From an uncultured Acidobacteriota bacterium (lineage in GTDB: Bacteria; Acidobacteriota; Thermoanaerobaculia; UBA5066; Gp7-AA6), in assembly GCA_963764715.1 (NCBI GenBank), contig CAVXTP010000017.1, positions 96,001 to 160,000 of the forward strand: DNA of 64,000 bases, given 5' to 3'. Positions 1 through 10,400 of the stretch are shown here, one piece after another (the first letter of the stretch is position 1; each line of letters starts with the position of its first letter). A model generated the notes under the pieces. It saw nothing but the letters and a program-made list of their open reading frames with translations, did no database searches and had not been told where the DNA came from. A program made the translations under genes and the position numbers.

Positions 1-2044
1 CGCCGTTGACGAGCACGCGCGTGACCCGCAGCGGCAGCGCCTTCCGAGGCGCGTCGGGGACCGGCTCGAGCCACGAGAGGCCCTCCGAGGAGCCGAACCA
101 GAGACGTCCCCGGCGGTCCCGGAGGCAGGTCTCGATCACTCCGCGGGCGAGACCGTCGTCGCTCGTGAAGTGCTGGACGTTCCCGCTCGCCGGATCGACC
201 CGGTCGAGGCCCCGCTCGGTCCCGGCGTAGATGCGCCCCTGCGGGTCCTCGGCCAGCGAATACGCGTTGTCGCTCGCCAGGCCCTGCGCCGAGGAGACGC
301 GTTCGAAACGCACGGAAGCCTCGGCCGGCCGGTCGACCCGGGCGAGGCCGCCGCGGCTCGTCGCGATCCATAGCCGTCCCGCGCGGTCGACGTGGAGGGC
401 GCGGACCGATCCCGGCGGCAGCCCTTCGCGCTCGCCGAACGCGGCGGACTTCCCGCCGTGCCGGCGGACGAGCCCGCCCCGAAGGAAGCCGATCCACACG
501 CCCCCGCCCGGGTCTTCGGCGAACGCCATCGGCAGCTCCGCCGGGATGCCGTCGGCCGCCGAAAGAGTCTCGATCCGGTCCGTCGAGCGTTCCCAGCGCG
601 CGAGCGGCCGATCCGTGCCCGCGAGCCCCATCCAGAGGTCCCCCCGGCGGTCTTCGAAGAGACGGTAGACCTGGTCGGAGGGCAGCCCGTCGCGCTGCGT
701 GTAGACCCGTCGCGGCGCGACCTGCCCGAGCCGCTCGAAGGGCACCGCGGGAAACCGGAAGAGCCCCGCGAAGGTCGGCACCCACCACTCGCCGGCGGAG
801 TCCCGCAGCGTGAGTTGATTCCATCCCCATCCGTAGGACGTACCCGCCGGAAGGCGCACGCGCTGCGTGTGAAAGCGCTCCCCGTCGAAGCACTCGAGGA
901 AGCCGTCGTCGCCCCCGACGTCCTCGGGTCGCCGGCCACGGGTGAATGCGCAGGGCGCGCCGCCGACGCCCGCGAAGAGGGCGCTCACCCGGTCGCTCGA
1001 GAGCCCGTCGCGGGAGTCGAGCCGCCGGAAGCCGTTCCGGGCGAGCCGCATGACGCCCGCGTCGTCGCTTCCGATCCAGAGGTTCCCCTCGCCGTCTTCC
1101 GCGAGCGACCAGATCCCGAAGCCCGCCAGCCCCTGCGCCATCGTGTGGCTCCGGACCGACGCGCGATCGGCGGCGATCTCGGAGACGCCGCCGAAGCAGG
1201 CCGCCCAGATTTCTCCGTCGGAAGTTCTCTTCAGCGCCGTGACGTGGTTTCCGGCCAGGCCGTTCTCGCTCCCGAACGCGTGCCGGGCGACGAGCTCGCC
1301 CGATGCGGAGCGGCGGACCTCCGCGATTCCCTCGGCGAGCGTCCCGACCCACAGCGGGCCGTCGGGCTCGGCGAGCAGGGCGCGGACCGTTCGCGGCGGC
1401 CCGTTCGGACCGCCGACCCGAACGGCCGTGCTCCCCGCCCGAAGCCGGAAGAGGCCGCCCTCGGTTCCGACGAAGAGATCTCCGCCGGGGCCCCGGGCGA
1501 GCGCGTTGACGATGCGGGCGTCCGCATTGCCCGGGGGTTCGAAACGGACGCGCTCCGCCGCCCAGCTCCGCCCCGAGGGCGACACACGATAGAGCCCGTC
1601 GCGCGTTCCCGCCCAGAGCACGCCGCCGTCCTCGAGCAGCGCCTCCACCTCGTCGCCGCCTCCCGCGCCGGCGGGATGGACCACGAGCATCGACGCCGGC
1701 GGCCCGGTCGGCTCCCGGGCCGGATTCCAGCGCACGATCCCCCGGTTGGTCGCGGCCCAGTACGCACCGTCGCCCGCCTCCAGGAGGTCGCCCACCTCGG
1801 GACCGGGCAGTCCCTCGGGCACGCCGAGGCCGGTGAACCCGTAGCCGTCGAAGCGCGCGATCCCGTCGGACGTTCCGAGCCAGAGGTAGCCGTGCGAGTC
1901 GGGAAGGATCGCGTGGATCCGGTCGCTCGGGAGGCCGTCGGCCGTCGTGTAGAGCTTGAGGGGGAGCTGCTCGCCGAACGTGGTGCCGGCGACCGCCGCG
2001 ATGGCGGCGAACGAGACGGCGCGGAGCGCGCGTCCGGGATTCAT
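1..2044 (-). CDS. Two-component regulator propeller (ligand-binding sensor) domain protein, probably a sensor histidine kinase; 3' part outside window
   Basis: Manual translation from ATG 2044: signal peptide, then QLPLKLYTTADGLPSDRIHAILPDSHGYLWLGTSDGIARFDG with repeated DxxGxLWxGT propeller motifs; runs off the left edge, so absent from the ORF track. Confidence 0.85.
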   Translation of the reverse strand, partial: MNPGRALRAVSFAAIAAVAGTTFGEQLPLKLYTTADGLPSDRIHAILPDSHGYLWLGTSDGIARFDGYGFTGLGVPEGLPGPEVGDLLEAGDGAYWAATNRGIVRWNPAREPTGPPASMLVVHPAGAGGGDEVEALLEDGGVLWAGTRDGLYRVSPSGRSWAAERVRFEPPGNADARIVNALARGPGGDLFVGTEGGLFRLRAGSTAVRVGGPNGPPRTVRALLAEPDGPLWVGTLAEGIAEVRRSASGELVARHAFGSENGLAGNHVTALKRTSDGEIWAACFGGVSEIAADRASVRSHTMAQGLAGFGIWSLAEDGEGNLWIGSDDAGVMRLARNGFRRLDSRDGLSSDRVSALFAGVGGAPCAFTRGRRPEDVGGDDGFLECFDGERFHTQRVRLPAGTSYGWGWNQLTLRDSAGEWWVPTFAGLFRFPAVPFERLGQVAPRRVYTQRDGLPSDQVYRLFEDRRGDLWMGLAGTDRPLARWERSTDRIETLSAADGIPAELPMAFAEDPGGGVWIGFLRGGLVRRHGGKSAAFGEREGLPPGSVRALHVDRAGRLWIATSRGGLARVDRPAEASVRFERVSSAQGLASDNAYSLAEDPQGRIYAGTERGLDRVDPASGNVQHFTSDDGLARGVIETCLRDRRGRLWFGSSEGLSWLEPVPDAPRKALPLRVTRVLVNG

Positions 2045-2087
2045 GACGTCGTGCGGGAAGTCTCCGCTTCGAACCCCCGGGACAGGC

Positions 2088-3902
2088 CTACCAGCCGACC
2101 GGCTTTCCCTTGTTCTGCTCGTCGAGCCACTTCTGGAGCGGGGCGAAGTAGTCGCGGATCGCGGTCGCGTCCATCTGCCGCTGGCCCGTCAGGGCCTCGA
2201 GCGCGTCGGGCCAGGGACGGGACTGCCCCATCGCCAGCGTGTCGCGCAGGCGCTTGCCCGCCGCCGCGTTTCCGTAAATCGAGCAACGGTTGAGCGCTCC
2301 CGTGCAACCCGCGGTCTTCGTCAGCGCCCGGTGGAACTGGAACTGCAGGATGTCGGCGAGGAAGTAGCGCGTGTACGGAACGCCCGCGGGCACGTGGTAC
2401 TTCGCGCCCGGGTCGAACGCGTCGGCCGGACGCGCGATCGGCGGCGCGACGCCCTGGTACTTCAAGCGCAGGTCCCAGAACGCCTTGTTGTAGTCGGCGG
2501 GCGGAATCTCCCCGGAGAAGACCTTCCAGCGCCACTGGTCGATCAGGAGGCCGAAGGGCAGGAAGGCCACTTTCTCGAGCGCCTTCTGGAGAAGCAGGCC
2601 GATGTCCCTGGACGCGTCGGGGGCCGAGGAGAGGAGGCCGAGCTTCACGAGGTACTCCGGCGTCACCGAGAGCGCGACCGTGTCGCCGATCGCTTCGTGA
2701 AAGCCGTCGTTGGCGCTGTCGCGGAAGAGCACGGGCTGCGTGTCGTAGGCCCGCTGGTAGTAGTTGTGGCCGAGCTCGTGATGCACGGTGACGAAATCCT
2801 CGGCCGTGATGTCGATGCACATCTTGATCCGGAGGTCGTCCACGTAGTCGATGTCCCAGGCGCTCGCGTGGCAGACGACCTCGCGGTCCTGCGGCTTCAC
2901 GAACATCGAGCGCTCCCAGAAGGTCTTCGGGAGCGGGTCGAAGCCGAGGGAGCTGAAGAAGCCCTCGCCGTACCGGACCATCTGGCGCGCGTCGGTCTTC
3001 CGGGACTTGAGGATCTCGGTCAGGTCGTAGCCGGGATCGGCCCCCTTCGGCGCGACCAGCGGATAGACGTTGTCCCAGGTCTGGGCCCACATGTTGCCGA
3101 GCAGATGGGCCGGGATCGGTCCGGTCGCCGGCACGGCGTCGCCGTACTTTTCCCGCAGCTTCCACCGCACGTACGCGTGGAGCGAGACGTAGAGCGGACG
3201 CACCTGCTCCCAGAGCCGGTCGAGCTCGGCTGCGAACGCCTCCGGCGCCATGTCGTACTTCGAGCGCCACATCGCGCCCGTGTCCTTGTAGCCGAGCTCC
3301 CGCGCGCCCTTGTTGGCGAGCTCGACGTACCGCACGTAGTTCGGCTGGATGGGCGGCGCGATCGTGTGCCAGCCGGCCCAGACGTCGAGGAGCTGCTTCG
3401 CGTCCCGCGACGTGGCCATGATCTTCGTGATGTCCTCGAGGTCGAGGCACTTTCCCTCGGGCGGGCAGTACTTGCCCTTGCCGTACATGCCCTCCATCGC
3501 CGCCCCGAGCCGCGTCAGCTCCGCCGCCTCGGCCGGGTCCCCGGGTGCCGCGACCGTCAGCGCGAGCTTCAGAAGCTTCAGCTTGCGCGCCGTCTCGGCG
3601 TCGGCAGGGACGCCGTCGAACCGCGTCGCCTGCTTGGCATACCGGACCCCGGCCGAGATCGCCTTCTCGTTGGCCTGGGCCGCCAGAATCTCGGTGTCGT
3701 CCGTGATGTACGTCGACTTGACCCAGTCGGCGCGGCTCGAGTCGATCCAGAGCCTCAAGAGGTCCTTCTCGGCCGCCTCGACGAAGGCCTTCGCCTCGCC
3801 GGCGGTCGGCGCCGCCGCCGCGGTCTGGGCCGCAGCCTCAGCGGACACGAGTGCCCCCGCCAGTAACAAACCGGCCGCGAGGCCGGAAAGCGGTCTCCTC
3901 AT
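2088..3902 (-). CDS. M2 family peptidyl-dipeptidase A (ACE-like zinc metallopeptidase), secreted
   Basis: Signal peptide; HHELGH zinc motif, ANDGFHEAIGD, IPAHLLGNMWAQTW, FDPGAKYHV. Confidence 0.95.
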   Translation of the reverse strand: MRRPLSGLAAGLLLAGALVSAEAAAQTAAAAPTAGEAKAFVEAAEKDLLRLWIDSSRADWVKSTYITDDTEILAAQANEKAISAGVRYAKQATRFDGVPADAETARKLKLLKLALTVAAPGDPAEAAELTRLGAAMEGMYGKGKYCPPEGKCLDLEDITKIMATSRDAKQLLDVWAGWHTIAPPIQPNYVRYVELANKGARELGYKDTGAMWRSKYDMAPEAFAAELDRLWEQVRPLYVSLHAYVRWKLREKYGDAVPATGPIPAHLLGNMWAQTWDNVYPLVAPKGADPGYDLTEILKSRKTDARQMVRYGEGFFSSLGFDPLPKTFWERSMFVKPQDREVVCHASAWDIDYVDDLRIKMCIDITAEDFVTVHHELGHNYYQRAYDTQPVLFRDSANDGFHEAIGDTVALSVTPEYLVKLGLLSSAPDASRDIGLLLQKALEKVAFLPFGLLIDQWRWKVFSGEIPPADYNKAFWDLRLKYQGVAPPIARPADAFDPGAKYHVPAGVPYTRYFLADILQFQFHRALTKTAGCTGALNRCSIYGNAAAGKRLRDTLAMGQSRPWPDALEALTGQRQMDATAIRDYFAPLQKWLDEQNKGKPVGW

Positions 3903-4014
3903 TCGATCCTCCAGCGTACGACTTCGTTTTCGACACCGGAGAAATCTACATCAGGCCCGCAGGGCGAAAGGGCCCTCCGCAAAGTGAGTCAAACGACCCT
4001 TGCGCGGCCCGCCC

Positions 4015-5520
4015 TCAGCCGATCCGCACGAAGTCGATGAAGCCGCGCTCGACGTCCGTCGAGATGAGCTTGACGCGGAGGCGGTCGCCGACCTCGAGAT
4101 CTTCCCAGCCGTGGACGAGCTTGCCCTCGACGGGCGGCTGGAAGATCCGGACCCAGGTCCCCTTCTCCGACGCGCCCGTGACGATGGCGTCGAAGGCCTG
4201 GCCGATCCGCGGCTCGAGGAGAAGCGCGGCCGCGGATTTGCGGACCTGCCGCTCGACCTTGTCGGCGTCGTCCTCCTGCTCCGTGCAGTGGGTCGCGAGG
4301 AAGCCGAGCTCGGCGACGTCGTAGGCCGGCGGCTCGCCCGCGAGCGCCGCCTTGACGAGGCGCTGCGTGATGAGGTCGGGGTACCGGCGGTTCGGCGCCG
4401 TCGAGTGCGTGTAGTCGCGGACCGCCAGGCCGAAGTGGCCGATCGCCGCCTGGCCGGGCCGCTCGACGACGTACTCGCCGGCGCCCATCAGCTTGATGAT
4501 CACGAGAGAGAGATCCGGGAACCTCAGGGGATCGGCGCGGCGACGCTTCACGAGGAAGGCCTCGAGGGCCCGCGCGTCCGGCTCGGCGGGCAGGCGCTCC
4601 CCCGACTGGGCCGCGACCGACACGATCTTCGACCACCGCTCGGGCGAGCGGACGACGCGGCGGAGCGACGCGATGCCGCGCGACGCGAGAAACCGGGCGG
4701 TCACGCCGTTGGCGGCGATCATGAAATCCTCGATGAGCTCGCGGGCCCGGTTCTTGGGCTGGACCGCGAGGTCCGTCACGGTGTCGTCGACGAAAACCGC
4801 GCGGGGCTCGATCGTTTCGAGGTCGAGCGCACCCTCCTCGTGGCGCCGCGTGCGGAGCGCCTGCGCCACCGCGTCCTGGGCGCGGAGCTGCTCGGCCGCC
4901 CCCGGGGTTCCGTCGACCTTCTCCGGCATCGCTCCGCCCTCGAGACCGACGGAGACGCTGTCGTAGGCGAGCTTGGCCCGGTTGTGGACGGCGGCGCGGT
5001 AGATGTCGGAGCGGACGAGGGTCCCGTCCTTCTCGAAATCCATCTCGGCGACGACGGCGAGCCGGTCTGCGGCCTCGTTCAGCGACGTCAGGTCGGTCGA
5101 GAGCTTCTCCGGCAGCATCGGAAAGATCTCCGCCGCCGTGTAGATCGAGGTCGTGTTCGTCCGCGCGTGCTCGTCGATCGACGAGCCCTTCGGAACGAGC
5201 GCGTCGACGTCGGCGATCGCGACGAAGATCCGCGTGCGCCCGCCGGGGATGGCCTCGGACACGGACAGCTGGTCGAGGTCGCGCGAGTCGTCGTTGTCGA
5301 TCGAGACCCAGAGCCGGTCGCGCAGGTCCCGGATGCCGGCGCCCGAGGCCGTCGCCGGGCCCCGGATCGCGGAGAGCTCCGCGAGAACGTCGCGCGAAAA
5401 GTCGGGGGCGAGCCCCCGGTCGACCATCGCCTTTCGGGCGATCGCCTTCAGGTCCGCGCGGTCGTGCCGCCCGGTGCGCGCCTTGCGCCGATCGAGCCCG
5501 CTGCGCCGCTCGCGTTCCAC
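4015..5520 (-). CDS. RNB-domain exoribonuclease (RNase II/R family, short form: RNB + S1)
   Basis: SIDNDDSRDLDQ, LIEDFMIAAN, HFGLAVRDYTHSTAPNRRYPDL; GTG start 5520 chosen because of upstream TAAACT. Confidence 0.9.
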   Translation of the reverse strand: MERERRSGLDRRKARTGRHDRADLKAIARKAMVDRGLAPDFSRDVLAELSAIRGPATASGAGIRDLRDRLWVSIDNDDSRDLDQLSVSEAIPGGRTRIFVAIADVDALVPKGSSIDEHARTNTTSIYTAAEIFPMLPEKLSTDLTSLNEAADRLAVVAEMDFEKDGTLVRSDIYRAAVHNRAKLAYDSVSVGLEGGAMPEKVDGTPGAAEQLRAQDAVAQALRTRRHEEGALDLETIEPRAVFVDDTVTDLAVQPKNRARELIEDFMIAANGVTARFLASRGIASLRRVVRSPERWSKIVSVAAQSGERLPAEPDARALEAFLVKRRRADPLRFPDLSLVIIKLMGAGEYVVERPGQAAIGHFGLAVRDYTHSTAPNRRYPDLITQRLVKAALAGEPPAYDVAELGFLATHCTEQEDDADKVERQVRKSAAALLLEPRIGQAFDAIVTGASEKGTWVRIFQPPVEGKLVHGWEDLEVGDRLRVKLISTDVERGFIDFVRIG

Positions 5521-5571
5521 GCGGCGGAGTTTACGCGAGGGCGGCCGCGCCGCGGGCACTATGATTTCGGC

Positions 5572-6531
5572 GTGACCACGGCAGCCGCGCCGATCCCCGC
5601 CCGCTCCGCGCGGTTCTACGCCTTCGTGTCGATCGGCGCGGCGGTCGTGACGATCGTGTTGAAGCTCGCGGCCTGGAAGCTGACCGGCTCGGTCGGCCTT
5701 CTCTCGGACGCCGCGGAGTCGGTCGTCAACCTCGTCGCGGCGTTGATCGCCCTGTGGGCGCTGACCGTGGCCGCGAAGCCCCCCGACCAGAAGCACGCCT
5801 TCGGTTATACGAAGGCCGAGTACTTCTCGAGCGGCGTCGAGGGCTTTCTCATCATCGCCGCGGCGGCCGGCATCGTGGTGGCCGCGTGGGAGCGCTGGAA
5901 GACGCCGCAACCCCTGACCGACGCGTGGCTCGGCGTCGGCGTGTCCGTCGTCGCCTCCGCGATCAACGGGTCGGTCGCCGTGATGCTTCTCGCCGCCGGC
6001 CGGAGACTGCGCTCGATCACGCTGACCGCCGACGCGCACCACCTGCTGACCGACGTCTGGACCTCGGCGGGCGTCATCGTGGGGATCGCGCTCGTCGCGC
6101 TGACGGGCTGGGTCCGCCTCGACCCTCTCATCGCCGCCGCCGTCGCCGTGAATATCGTCTGGACCGGCTGGAGGCTGGTGCGCGACACGGGCCTCGGGCT
6201 CATGGACTCTTCGCTTCCGGAGGACGAGCGCAAGGTCGTGACCGAGGCCCTCGCGCCCTTCCAGGAGCAGGGCATCCTCTTCCACGCGATCCTGTCGCGC
6301 GTGGCCGGCCGCCGCCGCTTCGTGACGATGCACGTCCTCGTGCCCGGCACGTGGACCGTGCAGAGGGGCCACGACCTCTGCGAATCGATCGAGGCGGCCG
6401 TTCGCCAGACCCTTCCCGGCTCCCACGCGATCACGCATCTCGAGCCGCGCGAGGACCCCGTCTCCTGGGACGACCGTGGGCTCGACCGGCCCTCGCCGGA
6501 AATCAGTCCTGGAGCGCGGCCGGCAGGGTGA
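5572..6531 (+). CDS. Cation diffusion facilitator family transporter
   Basis: GSVGLLSDAAES, PPDxxHAFGYTKAEY, ADAHHLLTD, C-terminal dimerisation domain (THLEP); GTG start. Confidence 0.92.
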   Translation: MTTAAAPIPARSARFYAFVSIGAAVVTIVLKLAAWKLTGSVGLLSDAAESVVNLVAALIALWALTVAAKPPDQKHAFGYTKAEYFSSGVEGFLIIAAAAGIVVAAWERWKTPQPLTDAWLGVGVSVVASAINGSVAVMLLAAGRRLRSITLTADAHHLLTDVWTSAGVIVGIALVALTGWVRLDPLIAAAVAVNIVWTGWRLVRDTGLGLMDSSLPEDERKVVTEALAPFQEQGILFHAILSRVAGRRRFVTMHVLVPGTWTVQRGHDLCESIEAAVRQTLPGSHAITHLEPREDPVSWDDRGLDRPSPEISPGARPAG

Positions 6532-7845
6532 CGATGTCGACGAGCCCCGCGCAGCCGTAGATCGCCGGCAGGACCTTCTCCGGAGGGTGGTTCCGGCGCA
6601 GGTCGGCGACGACCTCGGTGCCGGCGCGGTAGGCGGGCAGGTTCATGCGGCCGAAGAGAGGATGCTTTCCCCACGCCCCCCGAATTTCCCGGCGCGCTCT
6701 TCGGAGACCAGGAAGTCGCGCCGCAGCGCCGCGACGATCTCTTCCTGCGGCGCGCGCTCGCCCCAGGTCCGGTACGACGCCTGGTTCTTGGCGTCGTCCT
6801 GGAGGTGGGCGAGCCAGAGGCCGATCTGGAGGTCCTCGTCGGGCACCTGTTCGACCTCGGTCAGGCCCATCGCCATCAGGACCGCGTTGTTGCCGATGCC
6901 CTCGGCGAGCGTTCCCCAGCGCGTGTTCATCGCGAGGATCGTGGCCTCGAAGCCGACGCGGCCCCGCACGTAGAGGCCCTGCATCAGCGCCGCCGTCGTA
7001 ACGTGGCCGGGGACGACCTCGTGGCCGACGAGCTGCTCGAACTCGGGCACGGAAATCTGCAGCGAGGCGTTGATCTCGTAGAGCGCCTCGTACTGCGGCG
7101 AACCGTCGGGGTTGCGGGCGCGGCCGACGTAGCTCATGAAGCCCGAGAAGAACGCGTCCTTGATGGGCACGAACGTCATGTTCGAGCGCGGGACTCCTCG
7201 TAACTCGGCGGGCAGGTGGGGCGCGAGGTTCTTCGTCGTCCCGGCGTCGAAGCGGGCGATGAAGGCGTTGGCGAGCGTCGCGATCGTTTTCGGCGGCACC
7301 ATCCGCTCGCGCCGCCAGGCGTCGACCGCGGCGAGGAGCTCGTCGCCGGTCTTCGACGGATATCCGGCTTTCGCCAGGAGCTCGGCGAGCCGCCGCCGCT
7401 TCTCCTCGGGGCGCGAGGGCGAGGGCGGCCTCCCCGTCGATGCGACGACGCAGCGCTCGTAGGGAACCTCCGGACCGCGGCCGAGCAGGTGCATCGAGAG
7501 GTCCCACATCACCGACATGCACTCGCCGAGGCCGTCGAAGAACGCGCCGCGCAGGCCCGGAAGCGTCGCGCCAGCGGCGGCGACGGCGTCGATCGCCCCT
7601 TTCACGTCGATCGCGGCGAGGTAGGCGTCGACGGCCGCGCGGTCCGGCTCCTTCGCGGCGACGCCCCCGGCGGCCCGGAGAGTCGCCGCGGCCGGATGCG
7701 TGTACGCCTCGGGCATCGGCTCGTCCGAGAACCAGGAATCGACGACCGCCCGCCCGGTCCCGGACGGGTTCATGACGTCGCCGCCCCAGAGCGTGTCGAT
7801 CCCGAGGAGGGCCGTCGCCGTGAGCGTCCCGAGCCGGTCGGTCAG
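6503..7845 (-). CDS. Putative zinc metallopeptidase (HExxPGH, DUF885-like); one apparent frameshift near 6680
   Basis: GHEVVPGH and downstream LAEG; N-part lies in ORF 6643..9237, C-part (AWGKHPLFGRMNLPAY) in ORF 6503..7522, joined at a G6 run; probable CTG start overlapping the OPT stop with AAGGAG upstream. Confidence 0.6.
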
Positions 7846-9842
7846 GCGGGCTTCTCCTTCTTCATGGAGCCGTACCAGAGGTAGAGACACAGCAGGACGA
7901 AGCCCGCGGCGCTCACGGTCTGGGAAACCGGGTCGATGTCGTAGAAGGGCAGCTTGATCAGGTCCTCGCGGAACCCGGGCACGACGCGCAGCCCCGCGCC
8001 GAAAACGCCGCCGAGCGCGCCGCCGGCCATCAGTCCCGACGCGATGATGATCGCCCGCTCGCGCATCGACCGGCCGGTCACGCCGCCGGCCGCCTCGGAG
8101 CGCTTGTTGACGAAGTGCGAGATGACTCCCCCGACGAGCGCCGGCGTATTGAGCTCGAGCGGCAGGTACATCCCGAGGGCGAAGATCAGGGGGGGAACCT
8201 GCAGCATCTCCATGGCGACCGCGATCATCGCGCCCGCGCCGAAGAGGATGTAGGCGACCGGCTGGCGGCTCATGAAGCCCTCGACGAGGGCCTTCATGAT
8301 CGAGGCCTGCGGGGAGGCCAGGACCGGCCGCAGGTCGCCCGGCGCGGACTCGCCGAACTGGAAGGTCTTCGCGAGGAGCACGATCACGAGGCCCACGACG
8401 ACCGACGAGACCAGCACGCCGTAGAACTTGACGCGCTCCTGGACGGCGGGGGTCGACCCCAGCCAGTAGCCCGTCTTCAGGTCCGTGATGGTCTGGCCGG
8501 ACACCGACAGCGCCGTGCAGACCATCCCGGCGATCGCCATGACGAAGAACATGCCCGTCCGCCCCGACACGCCGAACTCGAGGAGGATCAGGGACGAGAT
8601 GATGATCGTCAGCATCGTCATCCCCGAGACCGGGTTGCGCGCCGTCGTCGCGATCGCGTTGGCCGCCACGGACGTGAAGAAGAACGAGAACACCATCGTC
8701 AGCCCGAGGCCGATGAGGACGATGACGGCCCTGGCGTCGAGATTGCCCAGGAAGATCGCGACGGCCACGGTCGACACCACGACGCCGACCAGGATCTTCA
8801 TGATCGCCATGTCCCGGTCCGTCCGTTCCAGCCCTTCGGCCTCGCCGTGGCGGAAGGCTTTGGCGGCGATCGAGAACGAACCGGCGACGATCTTGAGCGA
8901 CTTGATGATGCCGAAGATGCCGGCGGTCGCGATGGCCCCGACGCCCATGAACCGCACGTAGGCGCGGTAAATGTCCGTCCCGGTCATCTCGGCGATCGGG
9001 AGCGTGCCCGGGTAGACGACCGCGTCGGGAAACTTCCGGCCGATGAACCAGATCACCGGCACGAGCACGAAGTTCGACAGCACGCCCCCGGCGCACAGCA
9101 GCGTCGAGGCCCGCAGGCCCATCACGTAGCCGAGGCCGAGAATGAAGGCGACGGCGTCGAAACGCAGGACCATGCGGGCCTTGACCGCCAGATCGTCGAA
9201 GACCTTCACGAACCGGAAATCGACGAACTCCTTCCACACCTGAAAGGTCGTCACGAAGAAGTCGTACACGGCCGAGATGCCGGTCGCCTGGAGCAGGAGC
9301 TTCGCCTGCGAACCTCCCCTCTCGCCGGTGACGAGAACCTCGGTGATGGCCGTCGCCTCGGGGAAGGGAAACTGCCCGTGCATGTCCCGGACGAAATAGC
9401 GGCGAAGCGGAATGATGAACAGGACCCCGAGGGCGCCGCCGGCGAGGCAGATGAAGATCGTCTGCCAGGGATGAGGATCGAGCTTCAGGATGTAGAGGGC
9501 CGGGAGCGTGAAGATCGCGCCGGCGACGACCGACGCCGAGACGCCCCCGATCCCGGTGATGATGACGTTTTCGAGGATCGACGAACGTCGGCCGTAGACG
9601 CGCGCCAGGCCGATCGCCAGGATCGAGATCGGGATGGCGGCCTCCATGACCTGCCCGACCTTGAGCCCGGAATATGCCGATGCCGCGGTAAAGATCGCGC
9701 AGAGGAAGAGCCCCCAGAGGACCGAGCGCCAGGTCGCCTCGGGGAGATTGGCGGAGGCCGGGACGATCGGCTGGTAGACCTCGCCGGACCCGAGCGGACG
9801 GTAGGCGTTTTCCGGCAGGGATTTCGTCTCGGACGCGTCCAT
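7842..9842 (-). CDS. OPT family oligopeptide transporter
   Basis: YSGLKVGQ..EAAIP, ENVIITGIG, FPEATA, NPVSGMTM, DLKTGYWLG.TP, ASGLMAG; many TM helices. Confidence 0.93.
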   Translation of the reverse strand: MDASETKSLPENAYRPLGSGEVYQPIVPASANLPEATWRSVLWGLFLCAIFTAASAYSGLKVGQVMEAAIPISILAIGLARVYGRRSSILENVIITGIGGVSASVVAGAIFTLPALYILKLDPHPWQTIFICLAGGALGVLFIIPLRRYFVRDMHGQFPFPEATAITEVLVTGERGGSQAKLLLQATGISAVYDFFVTTFQVWKEFVDFRFVKVFDDLAVKARMVLRFDAVAFILGLGYVMGLRASTLLCAGGVLSNFVLVPVIWFIGRKFPDAVVYPGTLPIAEMTGTDIYRAYVRFMGVGAIATAGIFGIIKSLKIVAGSFSIAAKAFRHGEAEGLERTDRDMAIMKILVGVVVSTVAVAIFLGNLDARAVIVLIGLGLTMVFSFFFTSVAANAIATTARNPVSGMTMLTIIISSLILLEFGVSGRTGMFFVMAIAGMVCTALSVSGQTITDLKTGYWLGSTPAVQERVKFYGVLVSSVVVGLVIVLLAKTFQFGESAPGDLRPVLASPQASIMKALVEGFMSRQPVAYILFGAGAMIAVAMEMLQVPPLIFALGMYLPLELNTPALVGGVISHFVNKRSEAAGGVTGRSMRERAIIIASGLMAGGALGGVFGAGLRVVPGFREDLIKLPFYDIDPVSQTVSAAGFVLLCLYLWYGSMKKEKPA

Positions 9843-9942
9843 CGGCCCTCCGGCGGCGGTTGGGCTATCGTGTCCGAACGGTGCCCGCCGCGAAACTCCG
9901 CGGATCTTACCGGAGTCGGGGCGGACGAAGGAGGGCCGGGGC

Positions 9943-10389
9943 GTGAGCGGGAGCGCGAGCGATGCGGCGGGCCGGGCCTGGGCGGTCCTCTTCGCCCGCG
10001 GCGTGCTCGGCCTGATCTTCTTCATGGCCGGCTTCTGGAAGGTCTTCACCCTGACGCCGTCGGGCCACGCGCACCGGTGGTTCGTCGATCCCTACGCCGA
10101 CACGTTTCTTCCGGCGTGGTCGCTCTGGATCGCCGGCGTGACGATTCCCTTCGTCGAGCTCGCGGGCGGCGCGCTCATGCTCGCCGGCTGGCGCGTGCGC
10201 GAGGCCTCGCTCGCCCTCGGCGCGGTGCTCCTCGTCGTCACGTTCGGCCACCTGCTGAAGGAGCCGCTCTACGAGTTCCACACGCACGTCATTCCGCGCC
10301 TCGCCCTGGTCGTTTTCGTCCTGATGGTTCCGCGCGATGCGGACCGCTTCTCGCTCGACGCGCTCGCCACGCGGCGGGCCCGCGCATGA
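9943..10389 (+). CDS. DoxX family membrane protein
   Basis: ARGVLGLIFFMAGFWK, VELAGGALMLAG, FSLD tail. Confidence 0.8.
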   Translation: MSGSASDAAGRAWAVLFARGVLGLIFFMAGFWKVFTLTPSGHAHRWFVDPYADTFLPAWSLWIAGVTIPFVELAGGALMLAGWRVREASLALGAVLLVVTFGHLLKEPLYEFHTHVIPRLALVVFVLMVPRDADRFSLDALATRRARA

Positions 10390-10400
10390 AAGGAGCTCTC

